Below, piece after piece: positions 38,760 to 49,904 of a stretch of 64,000 bases of DNA. The DNA lies in the NCBI GenBank assembly GCA_964517505.1, contig CAZFED010000004.1:238369-302368 (forward strand), given 5' to 3'. The notes beneath the pieces are model-generated. The model searched no databases. It saw nothing but the letters and a program-made list of their open reading frames with translations, and was not told where the DNA came from. Made by a program: the position numbers and the translations under genes. How positions within the stretch are numbered: position 1 is the first letter of the stretch; each line of letters starts with the position of its first letter. The DNA comes from an uncultured Caproiciproducens sp. (GTDB lineage Bacteria; Bacillota; Clostridia; Oscillospirales; Acutalibacteraceae).

Positions 38760-39505
38760 TTCACATCCTCATAAAAAACCCGGTTCAAATACAAGCCATA
38801 GGGCGGAGCGGTGGGCCCGGCAGCCTTGCGGCTTTTAGCCTCGATGATCTTAGCAACATCGTGTGGCTCAAGCTTGCCCTGAGCCACGCGCAGAAGCGTA
38901 CCGACCATAATCCGAACCATATTATAAAGGAAGCCGTCGGCAGCAACCGTAAAGGTTACAAGGTCGCCTTCCCTTTTCACTTCCGCCCTGGTCACTGTGC
39001 GCGTCATATTGCCGCGCTCCCGCGCGTCCAGCGTGCAGAACGAGGTAAAGTCGTGCGCACCCAAAAAACAGGCTGCGGCCTGGTTAAGGCGTTCCACGTC
39101 AAGACTGTACCAATAATGCAGCGCGCGGTGATTCATAAATGGATTTCGAACTTGATTGTTCCATATCTGATAAACATATTCTTTACCGGCACAGGAATAG
39201 CGCGCGTGAAATTCGGGTGCAGTTTCACAGCAGCTCAACACTGCAATATCCTCCGGCAAGAAGTGATTCAGCGCCCCCATCAGACGCTCGCAGGGAATCA
39301 AATGCTCGGTTTTCAGACTGATGCAGTACTCCCTTGCATGTACAAATGAGTCGGTGCGGCTGCATCCCTTAATATCCGCCTTTTCACCGAGTACCTTAAG
39401 GAGAGCATCCTGAAAAACCTGCTGTATGGAAACAGCATTTTGCTGTATTTGCCAGCCGTGGTAGTTTGTGCCGTCATAACATATTTTCAGCATCAAATTT
39501 CTCAT
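38756..39505 (-). CDS. truA: tRNA pseudouridine(38-40) synthase
   Basis: 'KICYDGTNYHGWQIQ' N-terminal motif and the catalytic Asp context. Conserved position after ecfT. Confidence 0.85.
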   Translation of the reverse strand: MRNLMLKICYDGTNYHGWQIQQNAVSIQQVFQDALLKVLGEKADIKGCSRTDSFVHAREYCISLKTEHLIPCERLMGALNHFLPEDIAVLSCCETAPEFHARYSCAGKEYVYQIWNNQVRNPFMNHRALHYWYSLDVERLNQAAACFLGAHDFTSFCTLDARERGNMTRTVTRAEVKREGDLVTFTVAADGFLYNMVRIMVGTLLRVAQGKLEPHDVAKIIEAKSRKAAGPTAPPYGLYLNRVFYEDVK

Positions 39506-39570
39506 AACGCCGCTCCTTTCATTGTATTCATAGCGTATACCCTCCGTGAGGGGCGCGGACTAGTTATCTT

Positions 39571-40386
39571 TTACCGAATTGCCGCTGGAAAATACGCGCT
39601 GCAAAAGACGATAAGGGCGCAGATGAGTGTGGAGAAAGCCACCACAACCGCGTCCGTACTGGTTGCGTGCAATACCTTCATCTTGGTGCGACCCTCACCA
39701 CCGTGGTAGCAGCGGCACTCCATTGCCATGGCAAGGTCATATGCGCGCCGAAACGAAGAAACGAACAGCGGAATCAAAATTGGAATGAGCGCCTTGATTC
39801 TCTGCATGAGGCCGCCGCTTTCCATATCGGCTCCCCTCGCCTTTTGTGCGCTCATGATTTTATCGGTTTCCTCAAGCAGTGTCGGAACAAAACGAAGCGC
39901 AATCGTCATCATCATTGCAATTTCATGCACCTTGACGTGCAGTACCTTCAGCGGCTTCATGATGCGTTCAAGCGCGTCAGTCAGCTCCGTTGGCGACGTA
40001 GTAAAGGTCAGCACAGAGCTGAACAGAATCAGACTGATAATCCGGATCGTGATAAAAATCGCGTTTGAAACGCCGCCCGTGGTAATCTGGATAAAGCCCC
40101 AGCTCCACAGTTTTTCGCCGCCGCCGTAAAACAAATTCAGCACCGAAGTGAAAATCACAACAAATAAAATAGCTTTTAAGCTTTTAAAATACTGTTTAAG
40201 CGGTACGCCCGACAAAAGCAGAACTCCAAAAATCAGCGCGGCCATAACTAATAAGCCTTGAAAATTAGAGGCGATAAAAATAAAGATGATATAGACGAAA
40301 GTAAGGATGATTTTAATGCGCGGGTCAAGGCGATGAATTAGGGATTTTCCGGGAAAGTACTGCCCTAGCGTAATATCTCTAACCAT
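39571..40386 (-). CDS. ecfT: Energy-coupling-factor transporter transmembrane subunit
   Basis: 271-aa polytopic protein immediately after two ECF ATPase genes. Typical EcfT C-terminal 'ARGA...' coupling-helix region. Confidence 0.8.
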   Translation of the reverse strand: MVRDITLGQYFPGKSLIHRLDPRIKIILTFVYIIFIFIASNFQGLLVMAALIFGVLLLSGVPLKQYFKSLKAILFVVIFTSVLNLFYGGGEKLWSWGFIQITTGGVSNAIFITIRIISLILFSSVLTFTTSPTELTDALERIMKPLKVLHVKVHEIAMMMTIALRFVPTLLEETDKIMSAQKARGADMESGGLMQRIKALIPILIPLFVSSFRRAYDLAMAMECRCYHGGEGRTKMKVLHATSTDAVVVAFSTLICALIVFCSAYFPAAIR

Positions 40387-41245
40387 TTTTCCGGCCTCCC
40401 TTTTCCAAAAGCGGTATCATTTGCTTTAATGCCTGCTCAATTGTCAGCACAGTCGTAACCGGATAGCCCTTACTTTTCAAAACAGACATAATCTTGGTAA
40501 TCTGCGGAACACGTAGGCCAATTTTCTCCAGCTCGCCGTCGCGCGCGAACACATTTTCGGCAGTGTCGAACATTTCGACCTCGCCCGCGTTCATTACAAG
40601 CACGCGGTCCGCCATGCGGGCAATGTCCTCCATACTGTGGGATACCAAGATAATGGTATTGTGCCTGGACGCATGGTAGCCGGCAATCTGGCTCAAAAGC
40701 ACATCGCGGCCGCGGGGATCAAGCCCCGCGGTAGGCTCGTCCAAAATCAGAACATCCGGGTCCATTGCAATCACACCGGCGATTGCGGCACGGCGTTTTT
40801 CACCGCCCGAAAGCTCAAACGGGCTTTTTTCGAGCAAGTCTTCGTTCAAACCGACAAACTCGGCGGCGGCGTGGGCGCGCTCTAAGATTTCGTCCTTATT
40901 CAGTCCCATGTTGCCCGGGCCAAAACAGATATCCTTTAGCACAGTTTCCTCAAAGAGCTGGTGCTCCGGGTACTGGAACACCATGCCAACCTGAAAGCGC
41001 ACGCCGCGTATTTTTTTCGGCTCCGCCCAAATATCTTTGCCATTTAACAGCACTGTGCCGCTCGTTGGCCGCAGCAGGCCGTTGAGCTGCTGAATAAATG
41101 TGGATTTACCCGAGCCGGTGTGGCCAATCAGGCCAATAAACTCGCCCTGTTCAATGGAAACATTCACATTGTTTACCGCGGTTTTGCAAAACGGAGTTCC
41201 CTCGCCGTAGGTGTATGTCAAGTCTTTTGTTTCGATGATAGGCAT
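40379..41245 (-). CDS. ecfA2: ECF transporter ATPase subunit A2
   Basis: Walker A 'GHTGSGKST'. Signature 'LSGGEKRR'. Walker B 'ILDEPTAGLD'. Confidence 0.85.
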   Translation of the reverse strand: MPIIETKDLTYTYGEGTPFCKTAVNNVNVSIEQGEFIGLIGHTGSGKSTFIQQLNGLLRPTSGTVLLNGKDIWAEPKKIRGVRFQVGMVFQYPEHQLFEETVLKDICFGPGNMGLNKDEILERAHAAAEFVGLNEDLLEKSPFELSGGEKRRAAIAGVIAMDPDVLILDEPTAGLDPRGRDVLLSQIAGYHASRHNTIILVSHSMEDIARMADRVLVMNAGEVEMFDTAENVFARDGELEKIGLRVPQITKIMSVLKSKGYPVTTVLTIEQALKQMIPLLEKGGRKNG

Positions 41246-41258
41246 ATGCTTCTCCTAA

Positions 41259-42146
41259 TTATGCTTTATTTAAAAGTGGCTCAAGTGCCGCAATACATTC
41301 ATCTATATCCAGCACGCAGTCCGGTAAATCAAATCCGCCTGCTTTTAACCGGTAAACCAGCTCGGTGGCCTGCGGCACATCCAACTGATGCTTTTTCAGC
41401 AGTTCAACCTGCGAAAACACCTCTTTGGGCGTACCCTCGGTTAAAATATTGCCGCTGTCCATCACGATGATGCGGTCAGCCTGAACGGCTTCGTCCATAT
41501 AATGCGTAATTAAAACAATGGTGATTCCCTTTTCCTCATTCAACTTGTGAATGGTATCGAGCACTTCCGTGCGCCCACGCGGATCCAGCATTGCGGTAGG
41601 CTCGTCCAGCACGATGCAGTCCGGCTGCATCGCGATAATGCCCGCGATGGCTATACGCTGTTTTTGCCCGCCGGAAAGCTTGTATGGCGCATTTAGGCGG
41701 TAATCGTACATCTCGACCGCCTTTAAAGCATCGTCAACTCTCTGACGGATTTCTGCGGACGGCACGCCCAGATTTTCGGGACCAAACGCCACATCCTCCT
41801 CAACCACACTCGCAACAAGCTGGTTGTCGGGGTTTTGCAACACAAGGCCGACACGGCGGCGTATCTCGTAAAGAACGCTTTCGTCGAGCGTGTCCATATT
41901 ATCCACATACACCTTGCCGCCGCTTGGCAGCAGCATGGCGTTGAAAGTTTTTGCAATAGTGGATTTTCCAGAGCCGTTATGTCCCAAAAGTGCCACAAAT
42001 TCGCCCTTTTTAATGCCGAGCGAAACACCGGACAGCACCTCGTGCTGCTCCTCGGTCTCCGGTTCATCATAACTAAATGATATATTATCTGCTTTAATAT
42101 AATCCATTCTTATACCTACCTGTTTATTGTTTATTTGCTCTCCCAA
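41259..42146 (-). CDS. ecfA1: ECF transporter ATPase subunit A1
   Basis: Walker A 'GHNGSGKST'. Signature 'LSGGQKQR'. Walker B '[10 protein letters not shown]'. Confidence 0.85.
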   Translation of the reverse strand: MGEQINNKQVGIRMDYIKADNISFSYDEPETEEQHEVLSGVSLGIKKGEFVALLGHNGSGKSTIAKTFNAMLLPSGGKVYVDNMDTLDESVLYEIRRRVGLVLQNPDNQLVASVVEEDVAFGPENLGVPSAEIRQRVDDALKAVEMYDYRLNAPYKLSGGQKQRIAIAGIIAMQPDCIVLDEPTAMLDPRGRTEVLDTIHKLNEEKGITIVLITHYMDEAVQADRIIVMDSGNILTEGTPKEVFSQVELLKKHQLDVPQATELVYRLKAGGFDLPDCVLDIDECIAALEPLLNKA

Positions 42147-42994
42147 ATCGCGGTACTGCCACAGGGCAAAACCAAACCGCTTTGGGTTACCGGTAGGCCG
42201 ATTTCACTGGAAGAAACACCGCCCCCGAATTTCTTCTGAATCAGAACATTCAAAAGATATTCCATCACCGCCGGAGACAAACCCGTAGTGTAGGAATTCA
42301 AAATAAAGAATAACGGATTTTCAGAGAGGATTGGCACACACATTTCAACCAGCGGATAGAGCTGTTCCTCTAACTTCCAAATTTCGCCGTTCGGGCCGCG
42401 CCCGTAGGACGGCGGGTCCATAATGATGCCGTCGTAGGTATTGCCGCGGCGCTGTTCGCGCTGCACAAATTTGATACAGTCGTCTACCAGCCAGCGCACC
42501 GGCCGGTCGCCAAGGTTCGACGCGGCGGCATTTTCCTTTGCCCACGCGACCATCCCCTTTGACGCATCCACATGGCAGACCTCGGCACCCGCCTTTAAGC
42601 AGGCCAAAGTAGCCGCGCCGGTGTAGCCAAAAAGGTTCAGCACTTTAACCGGCCGGCCCGCTGTCTGGATTTTCTTCATGGCAAAATCCCAGTTGACGGC
42701 CTGCTCGGGGAAAATCCCCGTATGCTTAAAGCCCATGGTTTTCAGTTGAAAAGTCAATTCACCGTAGTTGATTTTCCACATTGACGGCACTTTTTTCAGT
42801 TCCTGCCAATTTCCGCCGCCCGTCTGGGAGCGCAGGTAACGGGCGTTGGCCTGTCGCCACATCGGATTACTTTTAGGTGTATCCCAGATAATCTGCGGAT
42901 CCGGGCGGATGAGGATTACATTGCCCCAGCGCTCCAGCCTTTCCCCCGCAGACGTATCGATTAGTTCATAGTCCTTCCAATTTGCAGTTCTCAA
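42131..42994 (-). CDS. Class I SAM-dependent methyltransferase (RlmI/YccW-like; putative rRNA m5C methyltransferase)
   Basis: SAM-binding '[14 protein letters not shown]' and 'IIMDPPSYG' motifs. Confidence 0.55.
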   Translation of the reverse strand: MRTANWKDYELIDTSAGERLERWGNVILIRPDPQIIWDTPKSNPMWRQANARYLRSQTGGGNWQELKKVPSMWKINYGELTFQLKTMGFKHTGIFPEQAVNWDFAMKKIQTAGRPVKVLNLFGYTGAATLACLKAGAEVCHVDASKGMVAWAKENAAASNLGDRPVRWLVDDCIKFVQREQRRGNTYDGIIMDPPSYGRGPNGEIWKLEEQLYPLVEMCVPILSENPLFFILNSYTTGLSPAVMEYLLNVLIQKKFGGGVSSSEIGLPVTQSGLVLPCGSTAIWESK

Positions 42995-43060
42995 AATCTT
43001 ACCTCTTTATTATTGAATAATTATAATGGCACTGCGTGCAAATATATTATAAAACCAAAT

Positions 43061-44410
43061 TTACGCCAATCTTTCACGCATGACGTCGGCAACGGAATTA
43101 GCCAGCACATTGATGTACTCGGGGTCCTCGCCCTCTATCATAACGCGGAGCAATGGCTCCGTACCGGAAGGACGCACAACGATACGGCCCTTACCGCCCA
43201 ATTTTGCCTTTGCCTTTTCAATGGCATCCTTAACCTTGTCATCTGTATAGAAACGCAGTTTGCCCTCGGGGGTGACCTCCACATTGACCATCACCTGGGG
43301 GTAGCGCGTCATCAGTGTCGCAAGGCTCGAAAGGTTTGCCCCTCTGCGGTGTACGATACTCATTAATTGCGCGGCTGTCAGCTCACCGTCACCCGTGGTT
43401 GCAAAGTCAAGAAAGATGATATGCCCGCTCTGCTCACCGCCGAAGTTGTAGCCCTCAAGAAGCATTTCTTCAAGCACATAGCGGTCGCCGACCTTAGTGG
43501 CGGCGAATTTGATATCGTTATCGTCACAGAAGCGGTTAAAGCCCATATTCGTCATAATGGTGCCAACCGCGGCGCTCTTATTGAGCTTGCCTCGGCTCTT
43601 CAGGTCCGCGGCACAGATTGCCATAAGGAAGTCACCGTCGACCAGTTGACCCTTTTCGTCAACCGCAAGGCAGCGATCCGCGTCACCGTCAAAAGCAATG
43701 CCCGCATCCAGTTTGTTCTCTTTTACAAACGACATCAGGTTTTCCATATGGGTAGAACCGCAGTTGTCGTTGACATTCACTCCGTTCGGACTATCGGACA
43801 GCATGTAACAGGTAGCGCCTAATTCCGTGAACAGCTTTTCCGCTGTGCGACAGGCCGAGCCGTTGGCACAGTCGATTCCGATTTTCATCCCGTCAAGTGC
43901 AAAGGCTACGGTACTCTTAATATGGTCAACATAATCACGAACGGTGTTTTGTGCGCTTGACACACTTCCCACATCGCCGCCGGTCGGAATGGCTGGCTTC
44001 TGCGCGTGGTCAAGCACGATTGCTTCAATTTGTTCCTCAAGCGCGTCCGGCAGCTTGTAGCCGTCGCCGCTGAAGATTTTGATGCCGTTGAACTCACAGG
44101 GGTTGTGGCTAGCGGTCAGCATAACGCCCGCATCGGCCTTATACTTGCCAACCAAGTAAGCGACCGCCGGAGTAGGTACTACGCCAAGCTGAACCACATT
44201 GGCACCAACTGAGCAAAGTCCCGCCGTAATTGCGTTCTCAAGCATATCGGAGGAAAGACGTGTATCCTTTCCAATCAGGATTTTCGGGTGGCGGTGGTTG
44301 CCGTCCGTCAGCACCATGGCTGCCGCGCGGCCGATATTCATTGCCATTTCGCAGGTCAATTCGCTGTTTGCAATTCCTCTGACGCCGTCTGTTCCAAAAA
44401 GTCTTCCCAT
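43061..44410 (-). CDS. glmM: Phosphoglucosamine mutase
   Basis: 'LFGTDGVRG' N-terminus and the active-site 'TASHNP' serine loop. Confidence 0.9.
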   Translation of the reverse strand: MGRLFGTDGVRGIANSELTCEMAMNIGRAAAMVLTDGNHRHPKILIGKDTRLSSDMLENAITAGLCSVGANVVQLGVVPTPAVAYLVGKYKADAGVMLTASHNPCEFNGIKIFSGDGYKLPDALEEQIEAIVLDHAQKPAIPTGGDVGSVSSAQNTVRDYVDHIKSTVAFALDGMKIGIDCANGSACRTAEKLFTELGATCYMLSDSPNGVNVNDNCGSTHMENLMSFVKENKLDAGIAFDGDADRCLAVDEKGQLVDGDFLMAICAADLKSRGKLNKSAAVGTIMTNMGFNRFCDDNDIKFAATKVGDRYVLEEMLLEGYNFGGEQSGHIIFLDFATTGDGELTAAQLMSIVHRRGANLSSLATLMTRYPQVMVNVEVTPEGKLRFYTDDKVKDAIEKAKAKLGGKGRIVVRPSGTEPLLRVMIEGEDPEYINVLANSVADVMRERLA

Positions 44411-44543
44411 AATATGAACAACTCCTAATATTATTTATATATTATATTAAAAATAAAGCGATGATTAAAAATACAAGTTAAACCATAGGATAGATAACCC
44501 ACATCACTTTTTGTATGTCAAATATCAATCGCTTGGCTGTGAA

Positions 44544-45596
44544 TCAAAACAATTTCTGCTGATTGCTTTCTTCCGTGTTAGGTGGAGTCAAGCCCAAGTG
44601 CAGGTAGGCGGCGTGGGTCGCACAACGTCCGCGCGGGGTACGGCTCAAAAAGCCGATTTGCATAAGATACGGTTCATAAATATCCTCAAGGGTAACAGCT
44701 TCCTCACCGATAGCGGCGGCAAGCGTTTCAAGCCCCACCGGCCCGCCATTGTAAAATTTAATCAGCGTTTTTAGCATCCTGCGGTCGTTTGCATCGAGAC
44801 CGATTTCATCAATTTCAAGCCGGTCCAAACCGATTTTAGCGGAGTGATAGGTGATAACGCCGTCGCTGATGACCTGAGCGAAATCACGCACACGTTTCAA
44901 TAAGCGGTTTGCGATACGCGGTGTGCCGCGCGAGCGCGAGGCAATTTCCAACGCACCGTCGGCCTCAATTGCAATATCGAGTATCCTTGCGCTGCGAGAA
45001 ACAATCTGAGCAAGCTCCTGCGGCGAGTACATCTCGAGCCGAAGCACCACGCCGAAACGGTCGCGCAAAGGCGCGCTGAGCTGCCCCGCGCGGGTAGTCG
45101 CGCCAACCAGCGTGAACCTTGGCAGCGGCAGATGGTAGGAAGCCGCCATCTGACCCTTGCCGGTGATAATGTCAAGCGCAAAATCTTCCATCGCGGGGTA
45201 AAGAATTTCTTCCACACTGCGCGATAAGCGGTGTATCTCATCGATAAACAGCACATCGCCCGGATTCAGGTTGGTAAGCAGCGCCGCCAGGTCGCCCGGC
45301 TTTTCAATCGCAGGGCCGGAGGTGATGCGGAGGTTTACATTCAGCTCGTTTGCAATAATGCCTGCAAGGGTTGTTTTGCCAAGCCCCGGGGGGCCGTAGA
45401 GCAGCACATGATCGAGCGACTCTTTGCGCAATTTTGCTGCCTCAATAAATATGGAAAGATTTTCCTTAACCTTATCCTGCCCAATATATTCCGAAAGCAC
45501 CTTCGGGCGCAAGGGATTTTCGACCTCTGCGTCCTCCGGCACATACTCCGGAGCAACCACGCGGTTTTCAAAATCATATTCATTTTCGTAATCCAT
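44544..45596 (-). CDS. ruvB: Holliday junction branch-migration helicase RuvB
   Basis: Walker A 'GPPGLGKTT', Walker B '[10 protein letters not shown]' and the RuvB C-terminal winged helix. Confidence 0.9.
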   Translation of the reverse strand: MDYENEYDFENRVVAPEYVPEDAEVENPLRPKVLSEYIGQDKVKENLSIFIEAAKLRKESLDHVLLYGPPGLGKTTLAGIIANELNVNLRITSGPAIEKPGDLAALLTNLNPGDVLFIDEIHRLSRSVEEILYPAMEDFALDIITGKGQMAASYHLPLPRFTLVGATTRAGQLSAPLRDRFGVVLRLEMYSPQELAQIVSRSARILDIAIEADGALEIASRSRGTPRIANRLLKRVRDFAQVISDGVITYHSAKIGLDRLEIDEIGLDANDRRMLKTLIKFYNGGPVGLETLAAAIGEEAVTLEDIYEPYLMQIGFLSRTPRGRCATHAAYLHLGLTPPNTEESNQQKLF

Positions 45597-45706
45597 CTAT
45601 ATTCACCTACATTTCATTTTACCATCGATTTGTGATAAATCATGCTTTTAAGGCCACCGTGATTATTCATATTCGTTATTAATTGTTCATTTAATAAACC
45701 CGTGAT

Positions 45707-46309
45707 TTATTTCATGCCGCCGCCCATTGATTTGAGGGAAAGGCGAATCAGTTCCTCAACGGGCAGTGAGCTGTCGAATCGACCGACAAGCGCGGCGGCG
45801 TCCGTAGGCGAATAACCGAGTACGGTCAGCGCATTTACCGCCGCACCGGCGTTTGAAGAGGCCGAAACAATTCCGGTAGGCGCAAACCCCGTCGCGCTGG
45901 TTTCCATCCCTTTGACCTTATCCCTTAGTTCGAGCGTGATGCGCTGCGCGAGTTTGTTGCCCACGCCGCTCGCCCTTGTAAGGGTTTTACTGTCACCGGT
46001 TGCCACTGCCATTGCCACCTGCTCCGGCGCTAATTCGGAAAGGATTGCGAGGCCGACCTTGGGGCCGACGCCGCTGACACCCGTGAGCATCTTGAAGCAG
46101 TTAAGCTCGCTCATGGTTGCAAAGCCAAACAAGTCGAGTGCATCCTCCCTCACATTGAGGTGTGTGTAAAGCGTAACCGGTTCACCTAACTGCGGCAATG
46201 CACGCTGTGTACTGAGCGTTGTAAAGCATTTAAAGCCCACGCCGCCGCACTCCACTACGGCAAAGCTCGGTTCCGTATGTGTTAAAATTCCTTTTACACT
46301 ATAAAACAT
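45707..46309 (-). CDS. ruvA: Holliday junction DNA-binding protein RuvA
   Basis: 'MFYSVKGIL' N-terminus, the helix-hairpin-helix 'GVGPKVGLAIL' motif and a 200-aa length. Confidence 0.85.
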   Translation of the reverse strand: MFYSVKGILTHTEPSFAVVECGGVGFKCFTTLSTQRALPQLGEPVTLYTHLNVREDALDLFGFATMSELNCFKMLTGVSGVGPKVGLAILSELAPEQVAMAVATGDSKTLTRASGVGNKLAQRITLELRDKVKGMETSATGFAPTGIVSASSNAGAAVNALTVLGYSPTDAAALVGRFDSSLPVEELIRLSLKSMGGGMK

Positions 46310-46372
46310 TTTATCGCTCCTGCAATCAATTCTATATTTGCGCGCTATGTGCGCCGCTATAATCGTTTATTT

Positions 46373-46873
46373 TTAATTACTCATTCGGTTTCGCCTAAAG
46401 GCGGAACCTGCCGCCTGCCCGTGGCAAATTGCCATAGCGAGTGCATCGGCGGTATCGTCGGGCTTTGGTATTTCCTTTAAACACAACAGTCTGCGTGTCA
46501 TTTCCATAACCTGCGGCTTTTGCGCCTGACCGTAGCCGGTGACAGCCATCTTGACCTGTAATGGCGTGTACTCAAATATCTCAAGCTTTGCTTTTTGCGC
46601 CGCCAAAAGAATCACGCCCCTTGCTTCGGCCACTCCGATTGCCGTCTTCTGGTTGTTTTGAAAATACAGCTTTTCAATAGATACTGCGTCCGGCTTCCAG
46701 TGTGCAATCACTTCGGTTAATGAATCATAGATAATCTCGAGCCGGCGGTTGAAGTTGTCGCCGGCCTTGGTGACAATCGCACCATGTTCAAGCGGCTGAA
46801 AACGCCCGCGTTCCGTGCGGATTACGCCGTAGCCCACAATAGCGTAACCGGGGTCTATTCCGAGAATAATCAT
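46373..46873 (-). CDS. ruvC: Crossover junction endodeoxyribonuclease RuvC (start revised to the internal ATG giving MIILGIDPG)
   Basis: Canonical RuvC N-terminus 'ILGIDPGYAIVGYGV' with the catalytic Asp. The longer ORF-track start adds 24 non-conserved residues. AGGAG lies 12 nt upstream of the chosen ATG. Confidence 0.7.
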   Translation of the reverse strand: MIILGIDPGYAIVGYGVIRTERGRFQPLEHGAIVTKAGDNFNRRLEIIYDSLTEVIAHWKPDAVSIEKLYFQNNQKTAIGVAEARGVILLAAQKAKLEIFEYTPLQVKMAVTGYGQAQKPQVMEMTRRLLCLKEIPKPDDTADALAMAICHGQAAGSAFRRNRMSN

Positions 46874-47020
46874 CTTAATAATCCGCTCCTGCATTCCGCT
46901 GATTTTATTGCCGCCTTTGCTCCAGCTGTACCAAAGATACAGCAATCCATAATATCCGTTTTATTATATCACATGCGCAGTCAATAGTGAATACCAACTC
47001 TTCACCAAATAACCCTAAAC

Positions 47021-47048
47021 CCAAAAAAAGCAGGCTTTTGCCTGCTTT
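47021..47048 (-). terminator. Rho-independent terminator of the ThrE-family operon (bidirectional appearance)
   Basis: AAAGCAGGC-TTTT-GCCTGCTTT hairpin immediately after the stop codon, flanked by A7 and T5 runs. Confidence 0.6.
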
Positions 47049-47492
47049 TTATACTTTGTCTTCCGCTGTGGTAATAATGTGCCAAAGGCGAACAAAGGAC
47101 GAAACGAGCAGAGTTCCCATCGCAAGCGCGCCGGCAATACCAAGCGTGTGCAGCCCCGTTTCGATGAACATGGTGTTATTGCCGATAACGCAGTACTCCA
47201 TAGTATAGTAAATGCCGCCTCCGGGAACCATGGGCAGCATTGCAACAAGCAAAAAACCGGTGACCGGCATCTTAAACAATCTCGCCATCACTTCCGCATA
47301 AACCGATATGGCAATGGTTGCAACAAAGAACTGCATGATATCGTTTTGCAGCGGACTGCTCAGCAAATAAAAAAGCCAGCCGATTGCACCGCCGAGCGAC
47401 GAAAAAATCAGGGTTTTTCCATGCAGATTCATCACGGCGCCAAAAGCGACGCATGCGCAGAAAGCCCAAAAGCAGGGTAAGAAATTCATCAT
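47049..47492 (-). CDS. Threonine/serine exporter family, small subunit (YjjB/DUF3815-like)
   Basis: 147 aa with four TM segments. Paired with the upstream YjjP-like gene. Confidence 0.6.
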   Translation of the reverse strand: MMNFLPCFWAFCACVAFGAVMNLHGKTLIFSSLGGAIGWLFYLLSSPLQNDIMQFFVATIAISVYAEVMARLFKMPVTGFLLVAMLPMVPGGGIYYTMEYCVIGNNTMFIETGLHTLGIAGALAMGTLLVSSFVRLWHIITTAEDKV

Positions 47493-47495
47493 TCG

Positions 47496-48269
47496 TCACA
47501 CCCCCCATATCATGCGCGTCACGGTCAGCGCAACGCCCGCGCCAATCGCAATAGCCGTTGCGACAAGCGTACTTTCGGTGAACCGGATTAGCCCCGCCAT
47601 TAAATCCCCCGCGATAATATCGCGCATAAAACTGGTAATGGCAATGCCGGGCACCAGGTTCATCAGTGCACCAATAATAACTTTATCGGTGCTTAAAGCT
47701 ACGTTGAAATGTGCCGCAACCAATGCGACCACCGCCGCCACAAAACTTGCAACTATATTGACAAAAAAAGCGTTGGCGTGAAATCGATTCATATTATGGC
47801 AAATGACCTTAATCGCAGCACCACAAAACATAGCGCATATACCATCGATAAAACTTCCGCCGTAAAACAGCGTAAACGTGAATGCAACCATTGCGAACGC
47901 AAATATTTGAAACCCCAGGCCGTAAACCGGGCGATGTTCAATTACATCAAGCTCGTGGCGAATCGCTTTAAACTCAGGCGTACTGCGGCAAATGCGGCGG
48001 CAAAGGTCGTTGCCTCTTTCCACCTTATCAAGGTTTGTTCCCCGCACATGAATGCGCTTAATCAGGGTAATCGGGCGGCCTTCCGGTGTGGTAATGGTAA
48101 CGTTAATGCAGGTAGGGATGGCGAAAACCTCGCCGGTTTTCACTCCGTAAGAACGGAAGATACGCTGCATGGATTCCTCCACACGGTAAATTTCAGCGCC
48201 GTTTGCGAGCAGCAGGCACCCCACGTCAGTCGCAAGGGTAATCAGTTCGTCATAGTTCATTCGCAACAC
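47496..48269 (-). CDS. Threonine/serine exporter family, large subunit (YjjP/ThrE, DUF1212)
   Basis: 257 aa. N-terminal soluble segment 'LLLANGAEIYRVEESMQRI' followed by TM helices. Confidence 0.6.
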   Translation of the reverse strand: MLRMNYDELITLATDVGCLLLANGAEIYRVEESMQRIFRSYGVKTGEVFAIPTCINVTITTPEGRPITLIKRIHVRGTNLDKVERGNDLCRRICRSTPEFKAIRHELDVIEHRPVYGLGFQIFAFAMVAFTFTLFYGGSFIDGICAMFCGAAIKVICHNMNRFHANAFFVNIVASFVAAVVALVAAHFNVALSTDKVIIGALMNLVPGIAITSFMRDIIAGDLMAGLIRFTESTLVATAIAIGAGVALTVTRMIWGV

Positions 48270-48501
48270 CTTTTGTAAATATTACTAGGTTTAGTTGAGC
48301 AGACAAACCTGCCCAGAATTGCTTGCGCTGAAATATGCCTCAGCTTCGTATCCTGTTCATAGGAAACAGCATTCCATATTTTGCAGCAAATCCGATATAA
48401 ATCTGTTATTTAGTTTATCATACTTTTATGCTGCAAACAATCAAATTAAGCTCTTTTTTAAGCAGTATTTTTGTGTCCAGGCATCTCTTTTGAGACAGCA
48501 C

Positions 48502-49683
48502 TCAGTGATTAGCCATTTTATAAATCTGATAAACGTCCTCACGGCCAAGCTGCTTGAAGTTTCCAACCGTTCGCTTGCCATAGAACACACAGCTGTCCGC
48601 AAGCTCATTGAGCATTTCTTCGCTTTGCACGCCGATACCCAGTTCTGTAAAACAGGTCGGCATACCCAATGATGCAAAAAATGTAACTGTTTGTTCCATT
48701 GCCGCGCGTGCGGTTTCGTCAGGGCTGTTTTTTTCAATTCCCCAAACCTGATTTGCGAAACGAACAAAACGCTCCGGCTTTGTCTGATAGCAATACTGTG
48801 CCCATGAACCCCAAATTGCGGAAAGGCTGGCTCCATGCACCACGTCAAACTTTCCGCTCAGCTCGTGACCAAGCTGATGCGGGGCGAAGTCTTTCACAGA
48901 ACCAAGCCCGGTAAGCCCATTATGCGAGATACTTCCGCACCACATAAGTTCACTCATCGCTCCATAATCGCTTGGTTTTTCCATCGCAATTTTTCCGTTT
49001 TTGATGACCACGCGCAAAAGCGATTCGGCAATCTCATCCGTAATCTCATTGCCCTCTGTAAGCGTGAAATAGCGGTCAAGCGTATGCATCATAATATCAA
49101 CAATACCGCAGGAAACTTGGTACGGCGGCAATGTGTATGTTAATTCCGGATTCATAATGGCAAATTTAGGACGGTTAAAGTCGGTATTCAGTCCCCGCTT
49201 TGAACCGGTTTCTTCATCAGTAAGCACCGCCGAATCACTGGTTTCGCTTCCTGCGGCGGAAATGGTCAGAACCACACCCACCGGAGTACTTTTTTCAAGA
49301 ATAGCTTTTCCCATCCAGTACTGCCAAATGTCCGTTTCGGGGTTCGCAACGCCATGTGCGATTCCTTTGGCGGTATCAATTACACTGCCTCCGCCGACTG
49401 CCAGTATAAAATCGGCACCAAATTCTTTCGCCTTCTCTACTGCAGTTCTTACAAAGGCCAAACGTGGGTTTGGCTTCACGCCGCCAATTGATGTGTAGGC
49501 CAACCCGGCGTCTGTGAGTGACTTTTCAATTCTCTTAAGCAGTCCGTTTTTCACCACACTGCCCCCGCCATACACAATCAGTACGCGTGAACCGCTGTGC
49601 TTTTTGATTTCGTCTGCTGTCTTAAGCTCGGTTCCTTTGCCAAAAATGACTTCGGTGGGTGAATAGAATGTGAAACTTTGCAT
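48502..49683 (-). CDS. Iron-containing (group III) alcohol dehydrogenase
   Basis: NAD-binding 'GGGSVIDTAKG' and the metal-binding His-rich region. 393 aa. Confidence 0.8.
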   Translation of the reverse strand: MQSFTFYSPTEVIFGKGTELKTADEIKKHSGSRVLIVYGGGSVVKNGLLKRIEKSLTDAGLAYTSIGGVKPNPRLAFVRTAVEKAKEFGADFILAVGGGSVIDTAKGIAHGVANPETDIWQYWMGKAILEKSTPVGVVLTISAAGSETSDSAVLTDEETGSKRGLNTDFNRPKFAIMNPELTYTLPPYQVSCGIVDIMMHTLDRYFTLTEGNEITDEIAESLLRVVIKNGKIAMEKPSDYGAMSELMWCGSISHNGLTGLGSVKDFAPHQLGHELSGKFDVVHGASLSAIWGSWAQYCYQTKPERFVRFANQVWGIEKNSPDETARAAMEQTVTFFASLGMPTCFTELGIGVQSEEMLNELADSCVFYGKRTVGNFKQLGREDVYQIYKMANH

Positions 49684-49904
49684 TTTTTACATCCTCATTT
49701 CATTATTATGTATAACTAAATAAATAATTCATCTGGCACTTTCCGCTATCATTGTGCGTTAACCAAATTAGTGTTACTTATTTCGTAACCTGTTGTCTTT
49801 ATAAAATATGGGTTGTACCTGTCGAAGTGGTCGCAATACAAGGCAAAATGCATACTATAAAAACAGGGATGTCTAATTCCTAAGTTAAATGCAGAGGTAA
49901 TCTT

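Noticed and set aside
7000-49700. Extreme strand bias (about 40 consecutive genes on the minus strand)
   Set aside because: Most simply explained by co-orientation with replication on one replichore. Not a feature in itself.
49740-49790. Possible Rex-type operator (TTGTGCGTTAACCAAAT) upstream of the alcohol dehydrogenase gene
   Set aside because: Only one half-site resembles TTGTGAA/TTCACAA and there is no convincing dyad symmetry. Likely chance.
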